A DNA stretch of 64,000 bases, from positions 10,230,001 to 10,294,000 of the forward strand of contig NC_083422.1 in assembly GCF_020745735.1 (NCBI RefSeq), written 5' to 3'. Within the stretch, counting starts at the first letter, position 1, and the number at the start of each line of letters is the position of its first letter. Source of the stretch: Hemiscyllium ocellatum (taxonomy: Eukaryota). The notes beneath the pieces are model-generated. The model worked only from the letters and a program-made list of their open reading frames with translations. It made no database searches and was not told the DNA's origin. This document shows positions 52,313-64,000 of this stretch, piece by piece. The position numbers were made by a program, and so were the translations under genes.

Positions 52313-53571
52313 TAAGATCACAAACAGTAGGAAGGAAGTAGGGCCTCAAAGCTCTGTTCTTTGATTTTTTTTAAACCTGTGATCATTTCCTTCTGTTCAC
52401 TCTGAGACCAACCTGAGAGTAAGTGCTTGCAAGTCATTTGTTCCTGTTATCTGCCCAATACTTGGGCAATTGGAATGAGAATAGGATATCGGTAACAATC
52501 AACGTAGATGGGAAATTTATCTTGTCACTGAAGTAGATGCACCTTTTCAACTTGAAACTGTGCAGGACAGTGGCAAGTGAAAGTACATACAGATATTGTT
52601 CTATTAATAAATTTTGTCACCTGAGCTGGCTCCTTATGATAAGTCATCCACACTAGTTCACCAATGTTTACAAAGTTTGCTGCTTTGCACTGAGCTCCTC
52701 AACTCAAGCAGTTGATGCAAATTAGGAATTGTATTATAGACAGCAGGAAAGCACAATGCACTGGAAGAAATAAAATGGATGGTACAACACCAGCATAATG
52801 TCAAGAAGTTGCAAGAGATCTAAGAAGTTGTGATGAGCCTGACCTAAAAATGTACAACAATCGCGATTTGGTCATCAAAGCTAACAAGGCCGACCCTCTT
52901 TCGTGTCCTAATCAAATCATACCTTGGTTCTGTGCCCAGGTTCTGATCAGGATCTAATTGTGAAACTCAGAAGTGCTTGTGACATTCCCAGAAAAACCCC
53001 AGAGACTGATCTGTATTGTAGAAGGAATGACGAAACATTAATACTTGTGCTTTTGAAGCCTAATTCTGATCCGATACCATCCTGATCGTCATTAACTTTG
53101 CCAAAATTCTCAAGTGTCTCAAAGTCCAATCTTTGTCTTTTGTCTTTATCTGATAAATTATCCAGAGAAATTGCCTTTTTGTTTTCTTTCTTTTGGAGTT
53201 ATCAGTTTTGCCTGTGGCATATCTGTTTAGTAGTGTAATGTAACATTGGAGTTCCCTTATGCATATCAGGAGAAAGTATTTGTTCATCGCATTTACCTTC
53301 TGGTGTTCCTTGTTTATAGCCCTTTGTGTATTTTTTGATTTGCATTCTTTTCTCTGACCACTCTCGGACTGTGAAATTCCATTGTTGTCTTGAAAGAGTT
53401 TCTTGTTTTTTCACCTGCTGCTGTGTCATTCCTCCAAATCTTGTACTCATCTAATTGTGTGAACAGTTACAACATCTCATTTTATCAATCACATATCCCC
53501 TGCAGTTTATGTTTACTCTTAATATTTTACTTATTTATGAATCTATGTTTATCCAGTTACTTAATTTAACT

Positions 53572-53800
53572 AAGTTGTTGTAAAAGCTCAGCAACTCTGG
53601 CAGCACCTGTGAAGAGAAATCAGAGTTAATGTTTCAGGTCTGGTGACCCTTCCTCAGGAACTTTCTGAGGAAGGTTGACCAGATCTGAAACATTAACTCT
53701 GATTTCTCTTCACAGATGTTGCCTGACCTGCTGAGCTTTTACAACAACTTCTATCTTTGGTTCTGATTTACAGCATGTGCAGTCCATTTAGTTTTTATTA
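53572..53800. mobile_element. PLE-derived hairpin: two inverted ~88-bp termini plus tail
   Basis: 53572-53659 is approximately the reverse complement of 53663-53750; each arm has CTGAGGA...GAAAC. Confidence 0.85.
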
Positions 53801-54309
53801 TTTTACGTGTGTGTTTAAAATGTTTTAATTTACATGTTTTACATGTTCAGCACAAACCTTTTACGATGTTGTAAAGCAGTTGTCTGCTTTTCAAGTGTTC
53901 TGGAATGCCTATTCCCAGAACTATCCAATTAACCTTAATTGTTTAATCTCTTTGCAGTGAGCTGGCTCCTGTTTTTAGTATTTTTGAGCCCAGATCATGG
54001 ATCATCCCATTATTTTCCTAGGCTTGGGTGCTGTTACTCACATTTTCTGGAGGATGTCCAGGTCATTTAGTATTGTAGGAAAAGATTTTATATTGCTTTT
54101 TATCACTTCTCTGAAGCATGGTTCTTGAAGCTATTGTACAACTTTAGAGATCAGCTATGCTCTGAACCTCTAATATTTCCAATTTATATTTGGCTGATTG
54201 CAGTTACCCACTGAATTTTTTTTTTTCACTTGTCCTAGTTTATTTCTGGAACAAACTTCACCAGTGGGCGGCACGGTGGCACCATTCAGGCTGGAAATCT
54301 TTGTGGAGT

Positions 54310-54620
54310 GGCACAGTGGCACAGTGGTTAGCACTGCTGCCTCACAGCACCTGAGACCCAGGTTCAATTCCCGACTCAGGCGACTGACTGTGTGGAGTTT
54401 GCACGTTCTCCCCGTGTCTGCGTCGGTTTCCTCCGGGTGCTCCGGTTTCCTCCCACAGTCCCACTGTGCGGGTCAGGTGAATTGGCCATGCTAAATTGCC
54501 CGTAGTGTTAGGTAAGGGGTAAATATAGGGGTATGGGTGGGTTGCGCTTCAGCAGGTCGATGTGGACTTGTTGGGCCGAAGGGCCTGTTTCCACACTGTA
54601 AGTAATCTAATCTAATCTAA
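54310..54620 (+). mobile_element. HE1-like V-SINE
   Basis: A box tggcacagtgg 54317, B box ggttcaattcc 54361, V-domain gtggagtttgcacgttctccccgtgtctgcg, (ctaat)n tail. Confidence 0.92.
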
Positions 54621-54869
54621 TTTGCTGAGGGAAGATTTTAAATCCATTATCTAAAGTCATTATGTTTTATATACTTGCGTTGAGCACAGAAACTTTCTTT
54701 GGATTGGACACAATCTTGTAGGCCACAAAATGCATCAAAAATGGAGCCTGAAGAAATATTTTTGAATACGTGTGCACCTTGTGGAAATCAAAAAAAATAA
54801 TTTAAACAATCAAAGCCATAAATTTCATCCTGTGTGGTTGATCACTGTGCATTGTCCCTCTTTGCACTT

Positions 54870-55615
54870 AATCTGTCAGGAGACTTTGACATTGTTGACC
54901 ACACCATCCTGGTCTTAACATCTTGCCTCCGACAAGCTCAATGAGGTGGACCTTACTTTGAGATAATTTTGACTCATAATAATCATATCCTGTGCAGCCG
55001 AGCAATGACTTATTTACTTGTGATGCAATTGCAGGCCATGGGATCAGGTTCCACAAATGCTTGCTACTGGCATTCATCTCTATTTCTGCACCAACTCTCC
55101 ATTGTTCTGACTGCCTTCTCATTATATTTGGTGATGCACAATTTCCTCCTGTTAAATATTGGGAAGGCAGACTCTGTTGTCTTGCTTTCCTGTTCAAAAC
55201 TTCACAGCTTTGCTATCATGTCGAACTCATTCCATAGGCGCTGTCTCAAACTGAATCAGATTATTTGCAAGCTGAGCCTTCATTTGCCAGCTTCACGATC
55301 ACAAAGACATATTGCTTCCACCTCTACGGTATCCTACATCTCTGCCCCACTCCATCTGGAATCCTTATCCATAATATTGTAATATCCAAACTTGGTACAT
55401 CCATGACTCTCCTGACCAGCCTCCAAACACACACAGCATCTGTTTTTACCTGTCCCAGCCCAGGTACTGCCCACCAATCATCAATGCAACCTGATTCATG
55501 TTGGTTATTAGTCCACAACATCTGAAATATTCAATCTTTTGCTTAAATTCTTGATGATCTCTAATCTTATCCATTCCTTAAACTGTCTTATAACTCCATA
55601 CTCCATCTCTAACCT
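54870..55615 (+). mobile_element. Old L2-clade LINE fragment
   Basis: Degenerate FDIVDHTIL motif. Confidence 0.5.
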
Positions 55616-55619
55616 CTTC

Positions 55620-58410
55620 GAGTCATACAGATGTACAGCTCAGAAACAGACCCATCGGTCCAACTCGTCCATGCCGACCAGATATCCCAATCCAATCTAG
55701 TCCCACTTGCCAGCACCTGGCCCATATCCTTCTAAACTCTTTCTGTTCATATAACCATCCAGATGCCTCTTAAATGTTGCAATTGTACTAGCCTCCACCA
55801 CTTCCTCTGGCAGCCCATTCCACACACGCACCATCCTCTGCATGAAAATGTTGCCCCTTAGGTCTATTTAATATCATTCCCTTCTCACCTTAAACCTATG
55901 CTTCTAGTTCTGGACTCCCCCACCCGAGGGAAAAGACGTTGTCTGTTTACCTATTCATGCCCCTCATGATTTTTTATAAACCTTGATAAGTTCACCCCTC
56001 AGCCTCTGAAGCTCCAGGGAAAACATCCCTAACCTATTAAACTTCTTCCTACAGCTCAAATCCTCCAGTCCTGGCAATCTTTATAAATATTTTCTGAACC
56101 CTTTCAACTTTCATAATATTATTCCGATAGGAAGGAGACCAGACTTGCACACAGTTTTCCAAAAGTGACCTAACCGATGTCCTGTACAGCCGCAACATGA
56201 CCTCCCAACTTCTGTACTCAATACTCTTGACTAATAAAGGAAAGCATATCAAATGCTGCCTTCATTCTACTATCTACCTGCGACTCTCCTTTCAAGGAGC
56301 TATGAACCTGCACTCCAAGGTCTTTTTGTTCAGCAACACTCCCTAGGCCCTTACCATTAAGTGTATAAGTCCTACTGGGATTTGCTTTCCCAAAATGCAA
56401 CACCTTGCATTTATCTAAATTAAACGTCATCTGCCACTCCTCAGCCCATTGGCCCATCTGATCAAGATCATGTTGTAATCTGAGGTAACCTTCTTCGCTG
56501 TCCACTACACCTCCAATTTTGGTAACTTAGAAACTAAATGACAAAAAGTAGGGGACCCAGCAGTGATCCTTGTGACTGTCCACTGGTCACAGGCCTCCAG
56601 TCTGAAAAACAACCCTCCACTAACAACCTCTGTTTTCTATCTTTGAGCCAGTTTTGTATCCAAATGGCTAGTTCTCCCTGTATTCCATGAGGTCTGGCCT
56701 TGTTGACCAGTCTCCCATGGGGAACCTTGTCGAATGCCTCACTGAAGTTCATATAGATCAACTCTACCACTGTGCTCTTATCAATCCTCTTTGTTACTAC
56801 TTCAGAAAACTCAATCAAGTTTGTGAGACATGATTTCTCATGCACAAAACCACATTGACTATCCCTAATCAGTCCTTGCCTTTCCACATAAATGTACATC
56901 CTGTCTCTCAGGATTCCCTCCAACAACTTTTCCACCACTGACGTCTATAGATCCCTGGCTTGTCTTTACTGCCCTTCTTAAATAGTGGCACCACATTAGC
57001 CAATCTCTAGTCTTCCGGCACCTCACCTGTGACTATCCATAATTTAAATATCTCAGCAAGAGGCCCAGCAATCACTTCTCTACCTTCCCACAGAGTTCTT
57101 GGTCCTGAAGATTTATCCACTTTTATGCGTTTCAAGACATCCAGCACCACCACCTCCTGTAATATTGACATTTTTCAAGATGTCACCATCTATTTCCCCA
57201 CATTCTATATCTTCAATGTCCTTTTCCACATTAAGCACTGAGGAAAATACTCGTTTAGCATCTTCCCCCATCTTCTGCGGCTCCACACAAAGGCCGCCTT
57301 GCTGATCTTTGAGGGGCCCTAGTCACTCCCTAGTTACCCTTTGTCCTTTGGATTCTCCTTAATCCTACTTACCAAAGCTATCTCATGTCCCCTTTTTGTC
57401 CTCCTTATTTCCCTCTTAAGTATACTCCTACTGCCTTCATAATCTAAGGATTCACTCGATCTATCCTGACATTAGCTTCCTTCTTTTTCTTAATCAAACT
57501 CTGAATTTCTTTTGTCATCCAGCATTCCCTATATATACCAGCCTTTCCTTTCACCATAACAGGAATATACTGTCTCTGTACTGTTGTTGAGAATGTGTAT
57601 CGGGTATGAGCAAGTTGGGAAAGAGTCAAGTTTTGAGTTTTGTGATGCAAAAGGTTCAGCTGAGCATAACTCAGATCAGATATGAACTTGCAATTAACAA
57701 TGAGGTGCTGGAGGCAAGGGTAATAGGTTAACAAGGTGGAAAAGCATTCATTATGTACAGCCATTTAACAATATTGGAAACATTCAGTATGTGAGGTCAG
57801 TTAATAAGCTGAAAGGTATTCATTATGTGAAGCCAGTTAAGGTTAAAAACGTTCATTGTGTAACAGCAGATGGCTTGATGTTTACTGTTGATGCTTGTTG
57901 ATTGTAATGGTCACCCAGTCAGTATGTATGTTGGCTTATGTTATGCTGCTCCCTGTAAAATGACTATATAATTCATTAATAAACTGCTATTCCAGAGAAG
58001 TCAGAGAATTCCAGTCTCTGTGCACATGGGCTATTGTTCTCTCTCCCTCCAGGGCCTGGAATAAAGATGAAGGAGGTACAGCTGGACTGTGTCTCTGAGC
58101 ATTTTGCTTCGACTGAGGGGGAGGAACGGGATGATATCGTTATCTCATTTCTGAAGCTTCCCATTTTCCAGCCGTCCCTTTATCTACAAACGATTGCCCC
58201 CCCCAGTCAGCATTTGAAAGTTCTTGCTTAATACCATAAATATTGGCCTTTCTCCAATTTAGAACTTTACCTTTTAGATCTGGTCTATCCTTTTCCATCA
58301 CTGTTTTAAAACTAATAGAATTATGATCACTGGCCCCAAAGTGCTCCCCCACTGACACCTCAGTTACCTGCCCTGCCTTATTTCTCAAAAGTAGGTTAAG
58401 TTTGCACCCG
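55620..58410 (-). mobile_element. CR1 LINE, degraded, interrupted by a solo-LTR-like insert
   Basis: AFDKVPH, QGSLLGPLLF, EHFGASDHNSISF; tail at 55620. Confidence 0.92.
57585..58136 (+). mobile_element. Probable solo LTR
   Basis: Cleanly interrupts CR1; TG start, four ~36-bp internal repeats (57740-57870), TATATAA 57965, AATAAA 57978 and 58060. Confidence 0.6.
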
Positions 58411-59322
58411 ACTAAGAGCCATTTCTGCTTCTTGCAATCTGCAGACCCAGAAAATAGCACCGTCTTATTCCTCTACAAAACACTACTGCAGGCTAGCTTA
58501 ATACTTATGGCTTATGTTTTTACGTTTATTCGAGACATATCTCAATAAAACATATAATCAATAAAGAATCTATTCTACTCACTAATGCAGACTTAAAACA
58601 AGACCACACGTAAATCTATCCAATCTCTGTTTCTGTGCTGTGACCTCTCTTAGAAACAGGTTCCTCCAACATCAGCTGTGAATTTCAATGTTTGTTCATT
58701 TTCCCAGATGCACTCTGATATCCAGCGATACGTGAATTCAACATTGAAGGCAGTAACTGTGCAGGTTCACTGCTGTGTCAGTTAGCAGTGTGGGTTTCTT
58801 TCTCTCTTTCAGTCCTGCACTGACCGTGTGCTGCCTTTGTCTGTTCCCTCTCCTTTTTAAAAGTGCCATTGTTTTGGAACAACAGCATATAAAAGAGTAA
58901 TTGCTGCTGCTGGAATTTGAGGAAATCACATAAAATATCTCAAAAAAGAAGCAGCCCGTTACATCCAGAAATGTTTCCCGTCCTTCACCTTGGATTACCC
59001 CGAATCATACCTTCACCCACCTGTAGGTGGTGCTGGCTGTACAGCCAGCCTTACACTCTGGAATTCCATCCAAAACTCCTCGTTTGACACCCCCCTTTGT
59101 TGATCAGGTTATTAGTCTTCCCTCGATATTTTGTTCATTTTTCAGCATTGCTTAGTGTTGATTGTCTTGAATAGCATCGTGGGACATATTGATGAACGTA
59201 GCTGTACACAAGTTGTTAATTATTCACAGTTAGTGTCTCTCTGTTTGTATATTCCCTTTTTAAATTCCACCATTTCATTTATGCGTCTCCTGATTCCTCC
59301 TCTGAAATGAATCACTTCACAG

Positions 59323-59455
59323 CTCATTCCTGATGAAGAGCTTATGCCCGAAACATTGATTCTCCTGCTCCTTGGATGCTGCCTGACCTGCTGCGCTTTG
59401 CCAGCACCACACACTCGACTCTGTTCTCCAGTATCTGCAGTCCTCACTTTCTCCC
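59323..59455 (+). mobile_element. Solo PLE terminus with decayed hammerhead and tail
   Basis: cctgatgaagagcttatgcccgaaacattg...ctgcagtcctcactttctcc. Confidence 0.8.
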
Positions 59456-59997
59456 ACTTTATACGCATCTCAGTTTCACGGTCTAACAATGTTCACTGTC
59501 CAGATCTGCTGCTATTCTCTCCACCAAAGGTTACACTTGCAAGTTCGCTACCTATTGGAAATACTTGAACTGTTGCGATCTATATCCAAAGGCAGGTACA
59601 AAATAAGAAAAAAGTGGAAAAATTCCATAAAAAGTTAAAATCGTCTAAATTTTATCATTTGCAACATTTTGCTGACTCCTTGGAGGAGATCAATGTAGAC
59701 TCCCTCCAGTCCGAAAAAATATCTGTTCAGTACATACCCTGTGCTTTCTGCCCATTAGCTAATTCCTTACTGTCCCTTTAAATCTTATAGCTGTCAGTTT
59801 TGCTCTCAAGCCTATTCTCTAGCACTTTATTGAATATTTTTTGAAAGTTTGTTACTTTACTTGAGCTTTACAACTGACATCATCCCTCTCCAAAAGTGAA
59901 GTGAAGAAGAATTTTATTACGTTTGTGCATTAAACCTAAAACCAGAAATCTGTGCTTGAACTAGAAAACTAACTTTTTCTTTTTTTTTGTATTTCAG

Positions 59998-60087
59998 TTC
60001 CCAATGTGCGATGGTTCTCACACCAAACACAATGAAGAAACCGGAGACAATGTAGGGCCACTGATAATCAAAAAAAGAGAAGTCTGA
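59998..60087 (+). CDS. CISD1: CISD1 exon 3 ([29 protein letters not shown])
   Basis: Polypyrimidine tract + ag; CDGSH motif; TGA at 60085-60087; total CDS 25+203+90 = 318 nt = 105 aa. Confidence 0.97.
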   Translation, partial: FPMCDGSHTKHNEETGDNVGPLIIKKREV

Positions 60088-60403
60088 TCTAAGGATATTT
60101 TAATTAAGAAACTGTCAGAACATGTTCTGTATCAATGTACAGATAATTGCACACCATGCAAGGTGTAAAATGAAATAGATGTAAGCTATGTAGTTCAGAC
60201 CTTAATTTTTTTTATCAAGGTCCATTCTGTGTGACTGTGAAAACACTAATCTTGGCCTTTATCATTTAAGATGTTCTCACAAAATGTCTGTGATTGGTGG
60301 TATTTTCTTGTGTGTGTGAAGTAAAATATTGAAGTAGTACAATGTGAAAATAATTTTTCTAAATTGTAGACATTATTATTTGATCATTTTACAAAGTCAG
60401 ATC

Positions 60404-60409
60404 AATAAA
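60404..60409 (+). terminator. Candidate CISD1 polyadenylation signal
   Basis: AATAAA about 320 nt after the stop codon. Confidence 0.65.
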
Positions 60410-62879
60410 GGATTGAGTCTGAAGTCGGTGTTCTACTATTTTAGCTAATGCTTTGAGGGAACAAAAGACGTTTTTATATAGCACCTTTCACAACTGCTGC
60501 ATGCCTCAAGTCACTTTACTGTCTGTGAAGTATTTTTGAGTACAAAGCACAGTTAAACGATCGTTGCTTTGGGCTAGATGTAGGTTTACAAAAAGATGTT
60601 CTGCGCAAGTCTAAAATAATCTGCTTGCTTTCAGTTTGAACGTGGATGAGAATGGGGAAAAAACCCTCTGCTCCAAGAGCAAAAAAAACTCAAAGGATGC
60701 CCACTGTCTCAAAACGCAATCTAGTTATGATTTAAACTTTCTCATACTATCCACATCCCTAATCAACTCATTCCACACATTCAACACTATTGTTTTTTAA
60801 GAAAAGTATTTAAATAAAACCCATACATTACCTTTGTCAAAGTTAGGACTGAGAGATGAACAGCTTTGAAATCATTCAGAATCTCAACCATTTTAACAAC
60901 ATTTCCTTTGTGCATTTTCTTCAGAATGTATAGACTCTAGTTGCTCCTTGCTTAATTACTTTAAGATAAGTATCAGTTTGATCTCTTTTTGTTTTCCGCA
61001 GCATATTTGAATGTAAATAATTGACACAGCAAGTTTTTTTTATTTAATTGAACCAGTAAAACTTGCACGTTTTAGACAAAATGACTGGAGTACTTATGTG
61101 GAAATAGGGCATTTTGAAACATGTATGCTTGATAAATCGTAAAACTTTCAGTATGTTTTTGTACTTGCACATAAATGTAGCAACTAGATAAATGTAAAAA
61201 ATTTTATACCATGTAAAATCTTTCATTTAGTCAAGAAATCAATTCTCCATCATATTCCAATTCCGAAGTATATAAATTAATCCCAGGGCAGAGGGAATTT
61301 GTAACTCTGATTACTTCATTCCCAAAAAAAAGACCTTTGTTAACTGTTGATTCTTGGGTCTTTTCAGTCATTAATGAAATGTATGTTTCAGGTTATGTAT
61401 TTCCACATTTGAAAGAATGGTAGTCTAAATGAGCACAGTTTACAGAAAAAAATCAGCCTTCGATTTAAAACTTGGAGCAGGAAAGTCTTTTTCTGTTATT
61501 AATCTTTGTCTCCACTGCTTTCTGGAGGAAAAGAATTCCAGTGTTGAATGTTATCAAGGCGGATGTAGGTAGTTTCTTGACTAGCAAGGAAGTCAGTTAT
61601 TGGGGATAGTGAGAATATGGAGCTGAGCCTTCATCTCACATAATTTCATTGAATGGCAGAGCAATCTCAAACGGCCTTCTCATTCTCATATGCTTGTCAG
61701 TATTCATGCTTTTAACTTGCTGCATCATTGACAGTCTCGATTAAGTGAGCTGCTGTAGCTGATCAGGTAGTACTGCATATCACTGTTTCAAGGCACCATT
61801 CCGCACACCAGTCTCGACAACCTCCTCGAACAGTTTTGCTCATATCAGTTTTAGTTTTCTTTGTTTTATTTACTTCAGTTGAGATTTGTCAATGTAAATT
61901 TCCATGGCAAAGAAAGTCAAATTCCTGTTGAGGTATAGTTTCTACTGCCTATTATAAACATCAGATGGGTGACTTGTCGGTCTGTTTGTGCTACTGTCCA
62001 GACTAATTTGTGTCCAAAATATCTACTTCAGTAAAATGAAATATTGAAGCCCTGAGAATAAACACACAATTCCTGCTGTTCTCGAAATGAAGCAAATTGT
62101 AATGAAAGTTGAGAGAGCTTTGATGAGACTCTGGATGTACAGAATTTACTTGGATATACTTAGTTAGGAGTAGTTGAATTGAAAAAAGCACTCCTTTGTC
62201 ATGCTAAAATAACTATGTTCATAACTATCACAATCCATTGTTTACAACCCATTTATTGAAATTTCGTGGTTAACATGCTGGCCTCACAATACTTTTAATT
62301 TTTGTATTCTGGAGATATATTTACAATGGGAGATACATCAAAGTAAGGCAGGATTCATTTTCTTACAAGTGTCTTGCTCAAGTGTGTCATGCAGGGGCCT
62401 GTGAGTCTTGCTATAGCTCAGATTGGATTGAAATTCTGACAACTACAGTATGTTCTTTCTCCGATATCACTCGCAGATGTTTCCAACAAATGAGAGAGTC
62501 CTTATTGTTTACTTAGGTATCAACAATTATACGCTGCTAGGGGGGAGCTAGACTGAAATGGTTCACATGACAGACATAGGACAAACTTGATTCCTGCTGG
62601 GATTGTAAGATTATAACCTTTTGTCAGCATTACTTTCAAATGAATATTAGTGAGAGATATTTGTTGGAGCTAGAAGCAGCATTCTCAGATTATGATTGAA
62701 TTGTGGAGTCCATTCTTCCCTGAGACTTCGACTAACTGAGGCTGATGCATTGGTTGTCAAGTGTTGCAAGCGTCACCTTCTGAAATGAGATGTTCAACTA
62801 AGGTCCTGTGTGCCTGCTTAGATCTTTATAGAAGATCTAAAGAAGAAACGTGGTCCTAGATAATGTTCACCACTCAAAC

Positions 62880-63420
62880 AAAACAAGGACACAGATCATT
62901 CAAGCCAAAACTGTGGATAGAAATCAGAAATAAAAATCTGCTGGGAAAACTCAGCAAGTCTGACAACAGCTGTGGACAGAAAGCAGAGTTACCATTTCTG
63001 GTCCAATGACTTCTTAAGAACTGATTATAGCAGGATAAAGGGTATACATGCTGAAGGTGAGGTTGGGGGAGGAGCAAAGAATAGGTGGAGATGATGCTGA
63101 GAAAGAGAGATTAACAGTTGGGCAGACAAAGGAATGGGTAAAGGTCAGCCAGAAGGGAATCAATATCTGTTAATGGGGACCATTAGTAGCTGACAATGGT
63201 CAGTGAATTGCACCAACCCATGTGATGACGAGGCCTGATGTGTGGGAGTTGGGTTAAAGATATGGGAAAAGATGTTCAGGTCCTAATATTATTGAACTCA
63301 ACATCAAGTCCAGAAGGCTGCAGGGTTCAAAAGCAGAAAACGAGATTTTGTTCTTCCAGCTTGTGCTGAGCTTTATTCTGCAGCAAGCCTGAGACACAGA
63401 GGTTGGCCAGAGAACCTGAT
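62880..63420 (-). mobile_element. Old Neptune-type PLE 3' fragment
   Basis: KLEEQNLVF motif and a terminus similar to the 53572 family. Confidence 0.7.
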
Positions 63421-63537
63421 GGTGTTGATTTACTCATCTGACCAATCCATCTGTAACCTAAAACCTCCTTCCTCACTGTCAACCACTCAGCAAATCTTTG
63501 TGTCATCTGCAAACTTGCTTATCATTCTCATCTATAT

Positions 63538-63540
<3 letters not shown>

Positions 63541-63589
<49 letters not shown>

Positions 63590-63597
63590 TATATATA
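63541..63597. repeat. (GT)(TA)n(CA)n compound microsatellite
   Basis: Seen directly. Confidence 0.95.
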
Positions 63598-63700
63598 GAA
63601 GCGCTTCGCAGGAGGCTCCAGAGCACTGATGATGTCGCCTAGCCAGGGGAAGAAACGTTTGCAACAAAAACTTCCAGCTCGGCGAACAGAACCACAACAA
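63598..63700 (+). mobile_element. Solo Poseidon PLE terminus inside a CR1-like RT fragment (63440-64000, minus)
   Basis: Near-identical to 18398-18500. Confidence 0.88.
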
Positions 63701-64000
63701 TATATATAAAACACTAAAGCACCCAGCACTGTTCCATGTGATACACCACTGGCCACTGACCTCCAGTCGGCCAGACAGCTTCTTCCACCATCCTCTATGT
63801 CCTACCATTAAGGCAATTTTTGGATCCAACTTGCCAAGTTACCCTAAATTGCATGTGCTTTTATCTTCTTTATCATTCTCCCATGCAGGACCTTGTTAAA
63901 AGTCTTTGCTAAAGTCCATATTGACTACATTAACTGTACTGCTGTCAACCACACACCTGACCACCACCTCGAAAAATTCAATCAAATTTGTTAGGCATGA

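Noticed and set aside
54310-54380. tRNA gene-like A/B boxes (also 8590-8660, 43990-44050, 12340-12400, 36800-36865)
   Set aside because: SINE heads followed by SINE body and tail; no complete cloverleaf
60600-62600. Possible IPMK 3' end expected from synteny
   Set aside because: AT-rich sequence with no recognisable IPMK coding exon in the window

Overview
Eukaryotic vertebrate DNA, most likely a cartilaginous fish (shark-type CR1 LINEs, HE1-like V-SINEs, DeuSINE-like repeats). Three spliced genes can be reconstructed by hand. (1) Probable first coding exon of TFAM (minus, 794-876). (2) A complete 7-exon UBE2D-family E2 gene, probably UBE2D1 (minus, 11550-34035, 147 aa), unusually diverged for this family. 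(3) A complete 3-exon CISD1/mitoNEET (plus, 39238-60087, 105 aa), head-to-head with UBE2D1. Each gene has a CpG-island promoter. The rest is dominated by retroelements: CR1, L2 and Tx1-like fragments, SINEs, two probable solo LTRs, and many Penelope-like elements (PLEs; Neptune-type and Poseidon-type). The most striking structure is the PLE layer. At least four distinct PLE terminal families carry minimal hammerhead ribozyme motifs. Their insertions repeatedly form fold-backs with one tailed and one tail-less arm, 11-18 bp target-site duplications and microhomology at both junctions, and range from 3.3 kb down to 119 bp non-coding mini-elements. All calls were made by eye; repeat boundaries are approximate unless a target-site duplication (TSD) is given.
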